Source: Gemmatimonadales bacterium | GTDB lineage: Bacteria > Gemmatimonadota > Gemmatimonadetes > Gemmatimonadales > GWC2-71-9 | Reading direction: 5' to 3' | DNA length: 64,000 nt | NCBI GenBank assembly: GCA_036741715.1 | Contig: DAINRR010000006.1 | Coordinates: 11,106 to 75,105 of the forward strand | Position numbers and translations under genes: made by a program | Notes under the pieces: model-generated | Database searches by the model: none | What the model was told of the DNA's origin: nothing | The model's input: only the letters and a program-made list of their open reading frames with translations | In this document: positions 29,115 through 37,756 of the stretch, in pieces | How positions within the stretch are numbered: position 1 is the stretch's first letter | Layout: every line of letters begins with the position of its first letter

Positions 29115-29573
29115 TCACCCGGCGGAGTCCGCGACGATGGTGAACGGTTCGCTCGTCGTGCCGACGGACGGATCGGCCGCATCCTCGATCCGGATCCGCA
29201 CCGCATCCGAGCGCCGTGGGCCGAACCCGCTGATGAAGCCGAGGGGCACGCGCCACTCGAGCGAGTCGTTTCCGACCGGGAGGCGCATCGCGAGATGCCC
29301 CCGGTCCTTGCCCCCCACGGCGACGCTGACGTTCACTTCTCCCGGTCTCTTCGAAGTCCAGCGGATCGTGTAGCGGGCACCTTCGCGCAGCACCTCCCCG
29401 GGTGCCGGGCTCAGGACCTGCCAGGCGGCCAGCGTGTCCGGCGCTGACGCCACGCTGTCCTGACGCGCATCGGGCCGGACCGGCAAATGATCATCCGCCT
29501 GGCAGGCGGTCACCAGCAGCAAGCCGGCAACGATTCTCAGCCGACTGTGCCGCGTCTGGGAATGACGCGTCAT
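29115..29573 (-). CDS. Hypothetical lipoprotein
   Basis: 152-aa ORF with lipobox GLLLVTAC. The start overlaps the upstream stop (ATGA type). Confidence 0.6.
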   Translation of the reverse strand: MTRHSQTRHSRLRIVAGLLLVTACQADDHLPVRPDARQDSVASAPDTLAAWQVLSPAPGEVLREGARYTIRWTSKRPGEVNVSVAVGGKDRGHLAMRLPVGNDSLEWRVPLGFISGFGPRRSDAVRIRIEDAADPSVGTTSEPFTIVADSAG

Positions 29574-30085
29574 CCCGCGATCCCGGGCGCAGCGTCCGGG
29601 AGTTGCAGGCCGTCGCCGCCGGCGTCGAGGTGGAGCTTCATGCCGACATGCGTCGGCCTGAAGCCGAGCCGCTCATAGAAGCGATGCGCGTCCGTCCGCG
29701 AGCGATCCGTGGTGAGTTGCACGATGGCGCAGCCCCGCGCCCGTGCCCGCCCGATCGCTTCCCGAACCAGCGCCTCGCCGATGCCCATTCCCCGCAGTCC
29801 GGATGCAATCCGCACCCCCTCGATCAGTGCGCGCGTGCTCCCCTGCCACGTGAGCGACGCGATGAACGTCAGCTGGAGGACACCTCCGACACGACCGGCG
29901 TGCTCCGCGACGATGAGGTCCTGGTTCGGGTCGCGATCGATCGCTTCGAACGCGCGCAGGTATGCCTCTGGGAGCGGCTCCTCTAATCGCTCGCGTGTCG
30001 TGTCGAGCGCGTCGTCCGCCAGCATGGCTACGATGGCCGAGAGGTCGTCGCTCCGCGCGGAACGGAAGGCTAGGGGGTCCGTCAT
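29570..30085 (-). CDS. GNAT family N-acetyltransferase
   Basis: C-terminal 171 aa of ORF 29570..30391. Motifs FRSARSDDLSAIVAML, RGMGIGEALVREAI and AHRFYERLGF. Confidence 0.85.
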   Translation of the reverse strand: MTDPLAFRSARSDDLSAIVAMLADDALDTTRERLEEPLPEAYLRAFEAIDRDPNQDLIVAEHAGRVGGVLQLTFIASLTWQGSTRALIEGVRIASGLRGMGIGEALVREAIGRARARGCAIVQLTTDRSRTDAHRFYERLGFRPTHVGMKLHLDAGGDGLQLPDAAPGIAG

Positions 30086-30308
30086 GCTGCGTGCAGCGCG
30101 CCGGCCGGCAGCCGCGCCCCCGGAAGCTCGACGAGGCGACTCCCGGCGAGTCGCAGCCTGTGGACCGTCGCGTGCCGGAAGTCGCGAATCGTATGCCGGA
30201 AACGGATCACCTGCGTGCGCCTCCTCTGCGCAAAGAAAGTCGAGGCCCGGGGTGCGGCGTGGAACGAGCGCGATGCAACGCGTCATGGAGGCGAGGTCGA
30301 GGTGCGGC

Positions 30309-30944
30309 TCAAGACACCACGACCGTCGCCCGGCGGGAAGGACGTCCAGTAACTCCGACGACGCCCGCGATCGCGCGCGCGATCTTCGCACCGCCGCGCG
30401 ACGAGGGTTCGATCGGATTCGCGTAATCCGCTGCCTCAGTGCACACGTAACGCAGGTCGATGACGCTGAGGCCGTTTTCGAAAGCCATCCGGAGTATTAC
30501 GTCGTTGAACAGGGTGAGTGCAGTCATCGCGCGGCGCTGGAACGCGAGATCCGGCGCATTGCCGTTATAGATCGTACACAAGGTCGTCGGCAGCCCCTTC
30601 GCGAGAACGGCGTCCAGCCCGGCACGATAATCGGCTTCGAACCCCGCTGCGACTTCGGCGAGCTCGTCCAGGACATCCGCCGCTGAATGCGCCGGGGCAT
30701 CGAGCAGGGCGCGGTGGCGAAGGGCGTCGTTGCCGCCCGCGCTCACGATGAGATGGCTCGCGCCGCGCGCAACCCGCGACGCCTGGGCCACGAGGTCCTC
30801 CGCGATGTTGCCGTCGATCGCGAGCAATGTCGCCGTCCACCCCTCGGGAAGGAGGGCGCGAAGCTGCGTGATGACATCGGGACCGCTGCCCGTGTACGCG
30901 CCGTTGTCGAGGATCGAATCGCCGAGGAGAACGACATGGCCCAT
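30309..30944 (-). CDS. SGNH/GDSL-type hydrolase
   Basis: C-terminal 211 aa of ORF 30309..31439. Block I VVLLGDSILDNG, block III VSAGGNDAL. A C-terminal D-x-x-H equivalent was not verified. Confidence 0.75.
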   Translation of the reverse strand: MGHVVLLGDSILDNGAYTGSGPDVITQLRALLPEGWTATLLAIDGNIAEDLVAQASRVARGASHLIVSAGGNDALRHRALLDAPAHSAADVLDELAEVAAGFEADYRAGLDAVLAKGLPTTLCTIYNGNAPDLAFQRRAMTALTLFNDVILRMAFENGLSVIDLRYVCTEAADYANPIEPSSRGGAKIARAIAGVVGVTGRPSRRATVVVS

Positions 30945-31315
30945 CAGGCAGCCTTGCCCTCCCGCTTCGGTGCTTCCCAATCGGTCAGCGAGGTGACGAG
31001 CAACGTCACGGCGCCGAGCGCAAGGAAATAGTTCCTCGAGGCGCGGTGCGATGCGAAGCCGAGGAGCCAGGGAAGCGCCGGGAGCGCGACGATGAGCGCC
31101 TTGTCGACAGTGCCATGGGCCCGAAACGGGATGAGGCGACGCACCGCCGCCGGCGTATCGGTGAGCGCGGCCATGGGCGTATAGGCGGCGACGAATGCCT
31201 GGCAGGCACGGGTGGCAGTGGGAGGCATGTCGAAGAGGTGTGGCGCCACGGCCGTGGCCGCCGCGCTCGCATAGTCGAGTGCGCTGTGAATCGCGGGTGT
31301 GATCGGTCGCTGCAT
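30944..31315 (-). CDS. Hypothetical membrane protein
   Basis: ORF 30944..31483 trimmed to MQRPITPAIH, preceded by GGAGG. Hydrophobic segments LIVALPALPWLLGF and FLALGAVTLLVTSL. Confidence 0.55.
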   Translation of the reverse strand: MQRPITPAIHSALDYASAAATAVAPHLFDMPPTATRACQAFVAAYTPMAALTDTPAAVRRLIPFRAHGTVDKALIVALPALPWLLGFASHRASRNYFLALGAVTLLVTSLTDWEAPKREGKAA

Positions 31316-31404
31316 GGACGACCTCCGGTGACGGCTGCGGCCCTGGTGGCCGCAGCCAATCGTGGCACGGCGGACGGTGAGCCGCAATCGGGACGGGCCG
31401 CGAT

Positions 31405-31782
31405 CTAGGCGGCTCCCACTCGACGCCGGACCGACGCAATTTCCCGAACCGGTCGGACCTCCACGCACCCGGTTCGTGCCCACGGGAAACCGGCTGCGAT
31501 GCGCACCGCCTCCTCCATGTCCGCGGCCTCGATGAGATTGAAGCCGCCCAGCACCTCCTTCGCTTCGGCGAATGGTCCGTCGGTGGCCCTCATCCGGCCG
31601 TTCCGAATGCGAACCGAGCGCGCCGCCGAGGCATCCTCGAGCATTTGCGATTCGAGAAGGACTCCGTTGCGCTGCAGCTCGTCGGCATGTGAAAGGCAGT
31701 CGCGCATCATGTCATCCGCTTTGCCGTCCGGCAGGGACTGGAGGAGCGCGTCTTCGTTGTAGATCAGCAGCAGGAATTTCAT
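31405..31782 (-). CDS. YciI-like (DGPF domain) protein
   Basis: 125-aa ORF MKFLLLIYNEDALL...TDGPFAEAKEVLGGFNLIEAADMEEAVRIAAGFP. Confidence 0.85.
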   Translation of the reverse strand: MKFLLLIYNEDALLQSLPDGKADDMMRDCLSHADELQRNGVLLESQMLEDASAARSVRIRNGRMRATDGPFAEAKEVLGGFNLIEAADMEEAVRIAAGFPWARTGCVEVRPVREIASVRRRVGAA

Positions 31783-31876
31783 GCCCCGTGTCCGCGATCG
31801 AGGAGGGTCAGCCCGCCTGTGGCCGATGCATGAGTGCCATCAAGCGGTCGAAGGGCCTGATTCACGAGAGACAATA

Positions 31877-32044
31877 ATGTACTCTGGATCACCGCCGCAT
31901 CCGCCGGCCTGGCCCAGAGTTGGGAACGCCATTCGGGAGAGGCTCTTGCCGGTACGGATACGGACGTCGGGCTGCGTATTCAGCATCATCGCATCCATCG
32001 TGCTCACGATCGTGCTCAATCTGCTCATCCGAAGCTGCGCCTAG
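31877..32044 (+). CDS. Possible small single-TM protein
   Basis: Internal Met of ORF 31781..32044. The C-terminal helix VFSIIASIVLTIVLNLLI has good GC3 codons. The only supports are the hydrophobic helix and its position in a gap. Confidence 0.3.
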   Translation: MYSGSPPHPPAWPRVGNAIRERLLPVRIRTSGCVFSIIASIVLTIVLNLLIRSCA

Positions 32045-32057
32045 GCGATGCGCGGGG

Positions 32058-32417
32058 TCATTCGACGACCTCGTTCGTGCCGCGCACCGGGAACCAGGCC
32101 TCCGCTCCGGAGGCAAAGCCGGCAATAGTCCCGTCCTCCAGATTGACAGCCACGGTGAGCGTGAAGCCGGAAGGCGCCAGGTACGACACGAGATGAATGT
32201 GCTCGGCGAGGCGAAGTGCCGCGTAGGTCGCTCGCTCACCTCCATGACCCGGATCGGCGGGCCGCGCGGGCAGCTCGTCCGCCTTGACGCTTCGCCAGGT
32301 GACGATCCCATCCTCACCGAACCGATGCTCGTGTGTTTGGTCGCGGGTGGGACCCTCGGTCCAGCTCCAGCGCAGCGTCCTGCCGCGGATGGCGGCGTCA
32401 CGCTCTATTTCGGGCAT
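32058..32417 (-). CDS. MoaF-like / lipocalin-like small protein (tentative)
   Basis: ORF 32058..32435 trimmed to MPEIERDAAIRGRTLRWSWTEGP...IVTWRSV...YAALRLAEHIHLVSYLAPSGFTLTVAVNLEDG. Confidence 0.5.
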   Translation of the reverse strand: MPEIERDAAIRGRTLRWSWTEGPTRDQTHEHRFGEDGIVTWRSVKADELPARPADPGHGGERATYAALRLAEHIHLVSYLAPSGFTLTVAVNLEDGTIAGFASGAEAWFPVRGTNEVVE

Positions 32418-32470
32418 CGTTCTCCCTCCGATCACCCTCGTAACGTGCCGGCCTCGGCACTCGAGGGCCT

Positions 32471-32896
32471 CTATTCAGCATGCTCCGGCTCGGACACGAC
32501 CTCGATGCGCACGCGCGTGCGCCCCTCCCGGATGAACTCCAGGCGCTCGGCGGCGGCTTCCGACAGGTCGATCACCACCCCTGCCCTTCGCGGCCCAGCT
32601 GCGGGCCCGCGGTCGACGATCTCGACCTCCACGCTCCGACCGGTCGAGACCCGGTGCACGCGTACCCGCGTGCCGAAAGGAAGCGTGGGATGCGCCGCGA
32701 CCATCGCATGCCGATCGAACGGGATGCCGCTCGCCGTCGTCCTTTCATGGAACGCGCCGCCGTACCAGCTGGCGAGTCCCTCCTCTTCGCGCTCCGCACC
32801 AGGTGCGTAGGCAGCCGGATTGGTGCTCCCCGTTGCGGGCGCGCAGGCGGTCGCGAGGAACCCGAGCATGACGAGGCAGGCACGGCGGAAGCTCAT
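32471..32896 (-). CDS. rlpA: Septal-ring lytic transglycosylase RlpA-family (DPBB) lipoprotein
   Basis: 141-aa ORF with lipobox GFLATAC. DPBB motif GLASWYGGAFHERTTASGIPFDRHAMVAAHPTLPFGTRVRVHRVSTGRSVEVEIVDRGP. Confidence 0.85.
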   Translation of the reverse strand: MSFRRACLVMLGFLATACAPATGSTNPAAYAPGAEREEEGLASWYGGAFHERTTASGIPFDRHAMVAAHPTLPFGTRVRVHRVSTGRSVEVEIVDRGPAAGPRRAGVVIDLSEAAAERLEFIREGRTRVRIEVVSEPEHAE

Positions 32897-32900
32897 GCGA

Positions 32901-33848
32901 TCACGCCTCCGCCGCGGCGATCGCTTCGATCTCGAGGAGCCAGGGCGCCTCGAGCGTCTGGGCCACGACGACCGTCAGCGCCGGCCGATGTGCGCCGAGA
33001 TACTCCCGCCGGATCCGGCCATTGGTTTCGGACTGGCCCCGGTCCGTCAGCCAGGTCGTGACTTTCACCAGGTGCTCGGTGCCGAGGCCCGCGGAATCCA
33101 GCACTGCGAGCACATTCGCCCAGGCGGCTCGGCACTGCCCCTCGAAGTCGGCGGGCACGGAGCCATCGGGGCGCACCGGTATCTGCCCGCTGATGAACAG
33201 AAGCCGATGGCCCGCCGGCAGCTCGATTCCATGCGCATAGCCGCCTTCCGGCGGCGCCACAGTATCGGGATTGTGCATTCGCTTCATTCGTTCACGCCTC
33301 GCACATCGGATGGCTCCCTCATGCCAGAGGCCAGGATAGTCGGTGATGTACCCGTCGGCGTTCACCCGAAGCAATCCTTCGTAGCCAGCCTCAGGCGACT
33401 CATACCACCACGCATCGGCTCCGCGCCGCTCGTAGCGCTGAGGGAGCCGCCGGAGCACCCATCGCTCATCGTCCAGCCAGGCAGCCGCCGCGTCGGCCGA
33501 CTCGCCGATCGGCAGCGCCAGGCGGCGAAGAGGGAACAGGTTGGTGGCCGGCGTGAAGCCGAGATCGAGGTCGACGAGGCCGTCGAGATCCGGCGCCGGG
33601 CGGCCATTCACCCACCACCGATCATCCTGCCTGCGCTCGATCTCGAGCGCAACCGGCCGGCTTCCGATCGTGCCGCGGACAGTCCCCCACGTCGTGCGCC
33701 ATCCATCATCAACCGTCACACCGTAAGCCAATCGGGCATCTCCACGCAAATCGGCGAAGACCGCTTCCCCTTCGAGGCGCCATCCGGGAGCAAGGCGGAC
33801 GAGGTGACAATGATCCGTGCCCGGCACATCCAGGCGGCGCCAGCGCAT
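32901..33848 (-). CDS. Fusion: putative glycolipid-binding domain (N) plus RidA/YjgF-family deaminase domain (C)
   Basis: Single 315-aa ORF. The N-terminal part carries DLDLGFTPATNLFPLRRL...QRYERRG...GYITDYPGLW. The C-terminal part, from about 33287, carries GYAHGIELPAGHRLLFISGQIP...VKVTTWLTD...PALTVVVAQTLEAPWLLEIEAIA. No stop lies between the modules. Confidence 0.75.
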   Translation of the reverse strand: MRWRRLDVPGTDHCHLVRLAPGWRLEGEAVFADLRGDARLAYGVTVDDGWRTTWGTVRGTIGSRPVALEIERRQDDRWWVNGRPAPDLDGLVDLDLGFTPATNLFPLRRLALPIGESADAAAAWLDDERWVLRRLPQRYERRGADAWWYESPEAGYEGLLRVNADGYITDYPGLWHEGAIRCARRERMKRMHNPDTVAPPEGGYAHGIELPAGHRLLFISGQIPVRPDGSVPADFEGQCRAAWANVLAVLDSAGLGTEHLVKVTTWLTDRGQSETNGRIRREYLGAHRPALTVVVAQTLEAPWLLEIEAIAAAEA

Positions 33849-33852
33849 CGCG

Positions 33853-34224
33853 TCACACCCTCGCCGCGGAACCGCTCGCCATCGGCCGGGACATCACCCC
33901 CAGGCGCCAGGCGAGATATCCGAGCACGATGGGTGATCCCAGCGCCACGAACGCCGCAACGAGGAGAAGGCGCCGCGACGACTGCCACCCGGCGCGCGCC
34001 GTGTCGAGCCACATCAGCACCAGCACGAGCCCCGCGAGCATCAGATGGTCGGTCACGACCACGAGCAGCATCCAGTCGTGCGTGAGCGAGTCCCGGAAGC
34101 GACTTGCAGCCGCGCCGAGCCCCCCGGCGTCCACCACCCACCGCAATGCGCCGTACGCTTCCCATGCCAGGAAGAGCATTGCCAGCGAAAGGAGGAGTGG
34201 ACGAAGTGCGCTGTCCCGGCTCAT
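33853..34224 (-). CDS. Small 4-TM membrane protein
   Basis: 123-aa ORF with hydrophobic helices LLLSLAMLFLAWEAY, WMLLVVVTDHLMLAGLVLVLMWL and LLLVAAFVALGSPIVLGYLAW. Confidence 0.6.
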   Translation of the reverse strand: MSRDSALRPLLLSLAMLFLAWEAYGALRWVVDAGGLGAAASRFRDSLTHDWMLLVVVTDHLMLAGLVLVLMWLDTARAGWQSSRRLLLVAAFVALGSPIVLGYLAWRLGVMSRPMASGSAARV

Positions 34225-34320
34225 CGGGTCTCCCGGGGCTCCGCCCGTGAGACCCGGTCCATGAACCCGCCGGGAGTGACGACAACCATGATCTCGCGGG
34301 TGGCGATCATGCGAGTCTCC

Positions 34321-35049
34321 TCAGGTGGAGTCGGCATGGGGCAGGTCGCGCTGGTGCGCGCCGAGGTAATCCCGCTGAAAGCGCCAGTCGGCCTGTGCGG
34401 ACGCAACCGACGGATACTCGACCGTGGCGCCGTCGGCGCACCAGGCCACGACGTCCGCGATGTCGAGCACCGCAGCGACTTCATGTCCGGTTACGACGAT
34501 CGCGCATCCGTCGCGCGCCAGCGACCGCAGCGACTCGCTGATCGCCTCGGCATCGAGCGGGGAGATGCCCCGGTAGGGCTCGTCCGCGAGCAGGCAGCGC
34601 GGCCGCCGGACACAGGCGAGCGCGATCTCGGCGCGCCGCGTTTCCCCTCCGGACAGGCGCGGCGGCACCAGGTGAAGGCACTCGGAGAGGCCGAGCGCCG
34701 CCGCCACGGCGGCGGTGCCGCGGGACGAGCCGAAGCGCCGTTCCACGACGGTCAGCTGCCGGCCAAGCGCTATCCCCGGCGCGAGAATCGCGCGGTCAGG
34801 GAGGAAGAAGAGCCCGCGCTCCGCCAGCGTGGGGAGCCGCGGACGCAGCCATGACTCGCCGGCGAAGTGGATGGTGCCGGTATCTGCATGTACCCATCCG
34901 GCTGCAATGGCAAGCAGCGTGGATTTGCCGCTCCCATTCCTTCCGCAGAGCGCGGTGATCGAACCCGGATACGCGCGCAGCGACGCGGCCGTAAGCACCC
35001 GGCGAGCCCTGAACGCCTTGCCGATCCCGTCAGCCTCGAGCAGCGGCAT
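34321..35049 (-). CDS. ABC-type ATPase (LptB/LivF-like)
   Basis: 242-aa ORF. Walker A GRNGSGKST, signature LSGGETRR, Walker B CLLADEP, H-loop VVTGHE. Confidence 0.85.
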   Translation of the reverse strand: MPLLEADGIGKAFRARRVLTAASLRAYPGSITALCGRNGSGKSTLLAIAAGWVHADTGTIHFAGESWLRPRLPTLAERGLFFLPDRAILAPGIALGRQLTVVERRFGSSRGTAAVAAALGLSECLHLVPPRLSGGETRRAEIALACVRRPRCLLADEPYRGISPLDAEAISESLRSLARDGCAIVVTGHEVAAVLDIADVVAWCADGATVEYPSVASAQADWRFQRDYLGAHQRDLPHADST

Positions 35050-35371
35050 CGACCGTCAGGAGCGCGACTGCAACTTCGCCGAGCAGCGCCGGCACCGCGG
35101 CGATCACGGCGAGCGTCGCCTGCATGATCCCGAGGTTGGCGAGGAGCAGATGCTCGCGTCGCCGCCGGATCTCGATCGCGCCGAGCACGCCGACGAGCAA
35201 GGTGATCCACACCGCTGCGGCCGGAGTTATCGCGATCGACAGTGGCTCGGTCCTGGCAGACATGAGCCAGCCGGCCAGGGCCAGCGAGGCACGCGCACTG
35301 CCCCAGATCACGATCCCACGGCCCAGCATGGGAATGGTGAAGATCCGATCGGGGAGCGCGGGCAATCTCAT
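35030..35371 (-). CDS. Small 3-TM membrane protein
   Basis: ORF 35030..35557 trimmed to MRLPALPDRIF. Helices GIVIWGSARASLALAGWL, AAVWITLLVGVLGAI and ATLAVIAAVPALLGEVAVALL. 20-nt overlap with the ATPase start. Confidence 0.5.
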   Translation of the reverse strand: MRLPALPDRIFTIPMLGRGIVIWGSARASLALAGWLMSARTEPLSIAITPAAAVWITLLVGVLGAIEIRRRREHLLLANLGIMQATLAVIAAVPALLGEVAVALLTVDAAARG

Positions 35372-35382
35372 GAGGGCGTCGC

Positions 35383-35727
35383 TCAGCCGAAGTCGCCGCG
35401 CTCGGAGCGCCGGACGAGCCACCCGAGCACGGTGAAGTAGATCCCGCCGAATCCGACAGCCGGACCGACCCGCTCCAGAATCTGCGAGATCATCATGTCC
35501 GGCGTGCGCACGCTGAGCGCGAGGCACCACGAGCCGAGCAGAACCCATCCCCAGCAAACAGCAACCAGCACGATCGTCTCCCGCCGGGTCTGCCGGTCAT
35601 ACCGCTCCGCCGCTTCGGCGCACTCGCGCTCCGATTGCCTCCGTTCCTCCGGAATCGTCAGCAACGGACCCGAGGCGGTCATGTGGTCCATGGCCATGAT
35701 CGGCGAGTGAAAGTGAGGGTCATCCAC
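35383..35727 (-). CDS. Small 2-TM membrane protein
   Basis: 114-aa ORF with a charged N-terminus, then IVLVAVCWGWVLLGSWCLALSV and VGFGGIYFTVLGWLV. Its start overlaps the cupin stop by 8 nt. Confidence 0.5.
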   Translation of the reverse strand: MDDPHFHSPIMAMDHMTASGPLLTIPEERRQSERECAEAAERYDRQTRRETIVLVAVCWGWVLLGSWCLALSVRTPDMMISQILERVGPAVGFGGIYFTVLGWLVRRSERGDFG

Positions 35728-36058
35728 CCACCGATTCCTGAATGAAGTGGGGACTCAGGTGCACATCGACCTGGACCAGCCGTTCGTCGCCGATCGCCTT
35801 GAAGCTGTGGACCTCGCCCGCCTTGATCACGAGGATGTCGCCCGCCCCCGCCTCGAACTCCCGGCCGTCCACGACATAGCGGGCGCGGCCCTCGCGAATG
35901 AACTGGACTTCGTCGTACGGGTGCCGGTGGGGGCCGGGCCCGCGTCCTGGAGCGGCATCGAGGAGAAACACCGAAATGCCGACGTTTCCCTGATCCGCGC
36001 CGACGAAGTGGTGCGAGCTCCCCGCGAACGGGAGCGCTTCCTGTCTCACGCGATGCAT
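35720..36058 (-). CDS. Cupin domain protein
   Basis: 112-aa ORF with cupin motifs GPGPHRHPYDEVQFIREG and GDILVIKAGEVHSF. Confidence 0.8.
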   Translation of the reverse strand: MHRVRQEALPFAGSSHHFVGADQGNVGISVFLLDAAPGRGPGPHRHPYDEVQFIREGRARYVVDGREFEAGAGDILVIKAGEVHSFKAIGDERLVQVDVHLSPHFIQESVGG

Positions 36059-36098
36059 TCGCGGACTCCGGTTCGAGTGAGGTGTCCGGTCCCGCGGC

Positions 36099-36761
36099 TC
36101 ACCAGAATCTCCACCACGGACGGACCGTGCCGGCCGGGCGCTCGCCCCGTTCGGGGCGGCCCATGAGCCTGAAATCGGTCAGGAGGCAGGTAATTTCGCC
36201 GCCGGCATCGTACCCCCAGTACGAGACGTAGGCGCCGTCGCCCAGGCCGCTCGAAAATGCGGCCACGTTGAGCCCATCCGTCCCCGGAATCGGCACGACG
36301 GCCCATTCGCGGGTCGGGACGTATTCCGCCTCCATTCGTGCCTGGAACTCCTCGATCGAATCATCGCCGAGTTGCGCGGCCAAGGGGGCCGCCCCCTCCG
36401 CGCTGACGAACCCGCCCGTGCCGGAGTCGACTCCGTAGGCCGGCGACTCGCGATGTGGCCTCCCGGCGAGCTGCGCCGGTTCCCACCGGATGGGAGCATC
36501 GTCCGAGATCCTGATCCAGGCTGCGGCGATCCGCTCGTCATCCGGGAGGCGCGCGATGGTCACTCCCACCGGCCACGCGCCGGGCGGCACCGCTCTCGCA
36601 AATGCCGGGAGGTCGGGCTCGACGACCGGGTCGCAGGCGACGATTCGTCCGGACGGAAGCTTCAGCTCCCCGATGATGCGGCATTCGAGCCGGCCCGGAC
36701 CGAGCTCGGTATTCGCCTCGGGCGTGTCGACCAGAAGCTGCGACAGGTAGGCGGGGATCAT
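36099..36761 (-). CDS. DUF4241 domain protein
   Basis: ORF 36099..36809 trimmed to MIPAYLSQLL. Motifs GRIVACDP, YGVDSGTGGF and AFSSGLGDGAYVSYWGYD. Confidence 0.75.
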   Translation of the reverse strand: MIPAYLSQLLVDTPEANTELGPGRLECRIIGELKLPSGRIVACDPVVEPDLPAFARAVPPGAWPVGVTIARLPDDERIAAAWIRISDDAPIRWEPAQLAGRPHRESPAYGVDSGTGGFVSAEGAAPLAAQLGDDSIEEFQARMEAEYVPTREWAVVPIPGTDGLNVAAFSSGLGDGAYVSYWGYDAGGEITCLLTDFRLMGRPERGERPAGTVRPWWRFW

Positions 36762-37360
36762 GCGTCGTCCGATGCGGCGCCAGGCTCGATGGCCCGCACC
36801 ACCCGGCACGGGTTGCCCACCGCGAGGACGCCGGCCGGGAGATCACGCACCACCACGCTGCCGGCCCCGACTACCGTATCCGCTCCGATCGCGACGCCGG
36901 GGCACACGATGACGCCACCGCCGAGCCAGGCGCGCGCGCCGACCCTGATCGAGCGGGCAAGCTCGGGCCCCGCGGTTCGAAGCGCGGCGTCGAGCGGATG
37001 AGTTGCGGTGAGAAGCTGCACTCCGGGCCCGAGCTGGGCCAGGTCGCCGATCTCGATCGGAGCAGGATCGAGGAAGGTGCAGTTCATGTTCACGAAGACG
37101 GCTGCGCCGAGGCGGACCTGCGAGCCGTAGTCGCAATGGAAGGGCGGCTCGATCCAGGCGCCATCGCCGAGCTCGCCGAGCAGCTCGCGGAGAATCGCGA
37201 GGGCCACCGCGCGTTGCGAGGGATCCGACGCGTTGAAGCGCCGTGTGAGGTGGCGCGCCCGGGTCCGCGCCGCGGTGAGGTCGGGATCCGTCGCGAGGTA
37301 GAGATCCCCGCGCAGCATCTTGTCGCGTTCGGTCCCGACACTGCGGCGCGGCCGCGTCAT
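36758..37360 (-). CDS. Maltose/galactoside O-acetyltransferase-like (left-handed beta-helix) protein
   Basis: ORF 36758..37438 trimmed to MTRPRR, because the longer form would overlap the tRNA. Motifs MLRGDLY, FHCDYGSQVRLG, hexapeptide repeats VGARAWLGGGVIVCPGVAIGADTVVGAGSVVVRDLP and AVGNPCRVVR. Confidence 0.85.
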   Translation of the reverse strand: MTRPRRSVGTERDKMLRGDLYLATDPDLTAARTRARHLTRRFNASDPSQRAVALAILRELLGELGDGAWIEPPFHCDYGSQVRLGAAVFVNMNCTFLDPAPIEIGDLAQLGPGVQLLTATHPLDAALRTAGPELARSIRVGARAWLGGGVIVCPGVAIGADTVVGAGSVVVRDLPAGVLAVGNPCRVVRAIEPGAASDDA

Positions 37361-37411
37361 GCGGACGACCGATCGCGGATCGGGCACATCAGGGAGGAGA
37401 GAATCGGAAGA

Positions 37412-37484
37412 CTGGGGCGGCAGGATTCGAACCTGCAACTTCCGGATTAACAGTCCGGCGGTCTGCCAGTTGACCTACACCCCA
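37412..37484 (-). tRNA. tRNA-Asn (anticodon GTT)
   Basis: The minus strand reads TGGGGTG-TA-GGTC-AACTGGCA-GACC-G-CCGGA-CTGTTAA-TCCGG-AAGTT-GCAGG-TTCGAAT-CCTGC-CGCCCCA-G. This folds into a perfect cloverleaf of 73 nt. CCA is not encoded. Confidence 0.95.
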
Positions 37485-37543
37485 TCGGAGCACGATTGCC
37501 TCCCGCAAGCGGCAGGCCACGCCATCGCTGCCGCAGATCGTGG

Positions 37544-37753
37544 TCACGGCGCCCTGGAGGCCTGCGGCCGGTCTCGATAGGGACCGGAGAGGCCGGTGCC
37601 CTGGCAACCCGAGTTCCACTCGAAGCGAATCGCCGCCCCGCCATCGACGGCCACGTGGAGGTCGGAGCCACAGGCGTTCGGCTCGAGACCGGACGTGCAG
37701 CCTCCGATGCCAGCGACCACCGTGACCAGCGCCCAGCATGTCCTTCGCCTCAC
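37544..37753 (-). CDS. Possible short lipoprotein or 5' gene remnant
   Basis: 69-aa ORF with lipobox VTVVAGIGGC. It ends 60 nt before the tRNA. Confidence 0.35.
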   Translation of the reverse strand: MRRRTCWALVTVVAGIGGCTSGLEPNACGSDLHVAVDGGAAIRFEWNSGCQGTGLSGPYRDRPQASRAP

Positions 37754-37756
37754 CGG

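Noticed and set aside
19957-37412. Genomic island integrated at the 3' end of tRNA-Asn
   Set aside because: I found no integrase, recombinase or phage gene next to the tRNA and noticed no obvious direct repeat of the tRNA 3' end. An exhaustive repeat search by eye is not possible, so this idea is kept only as a low-interest finding.
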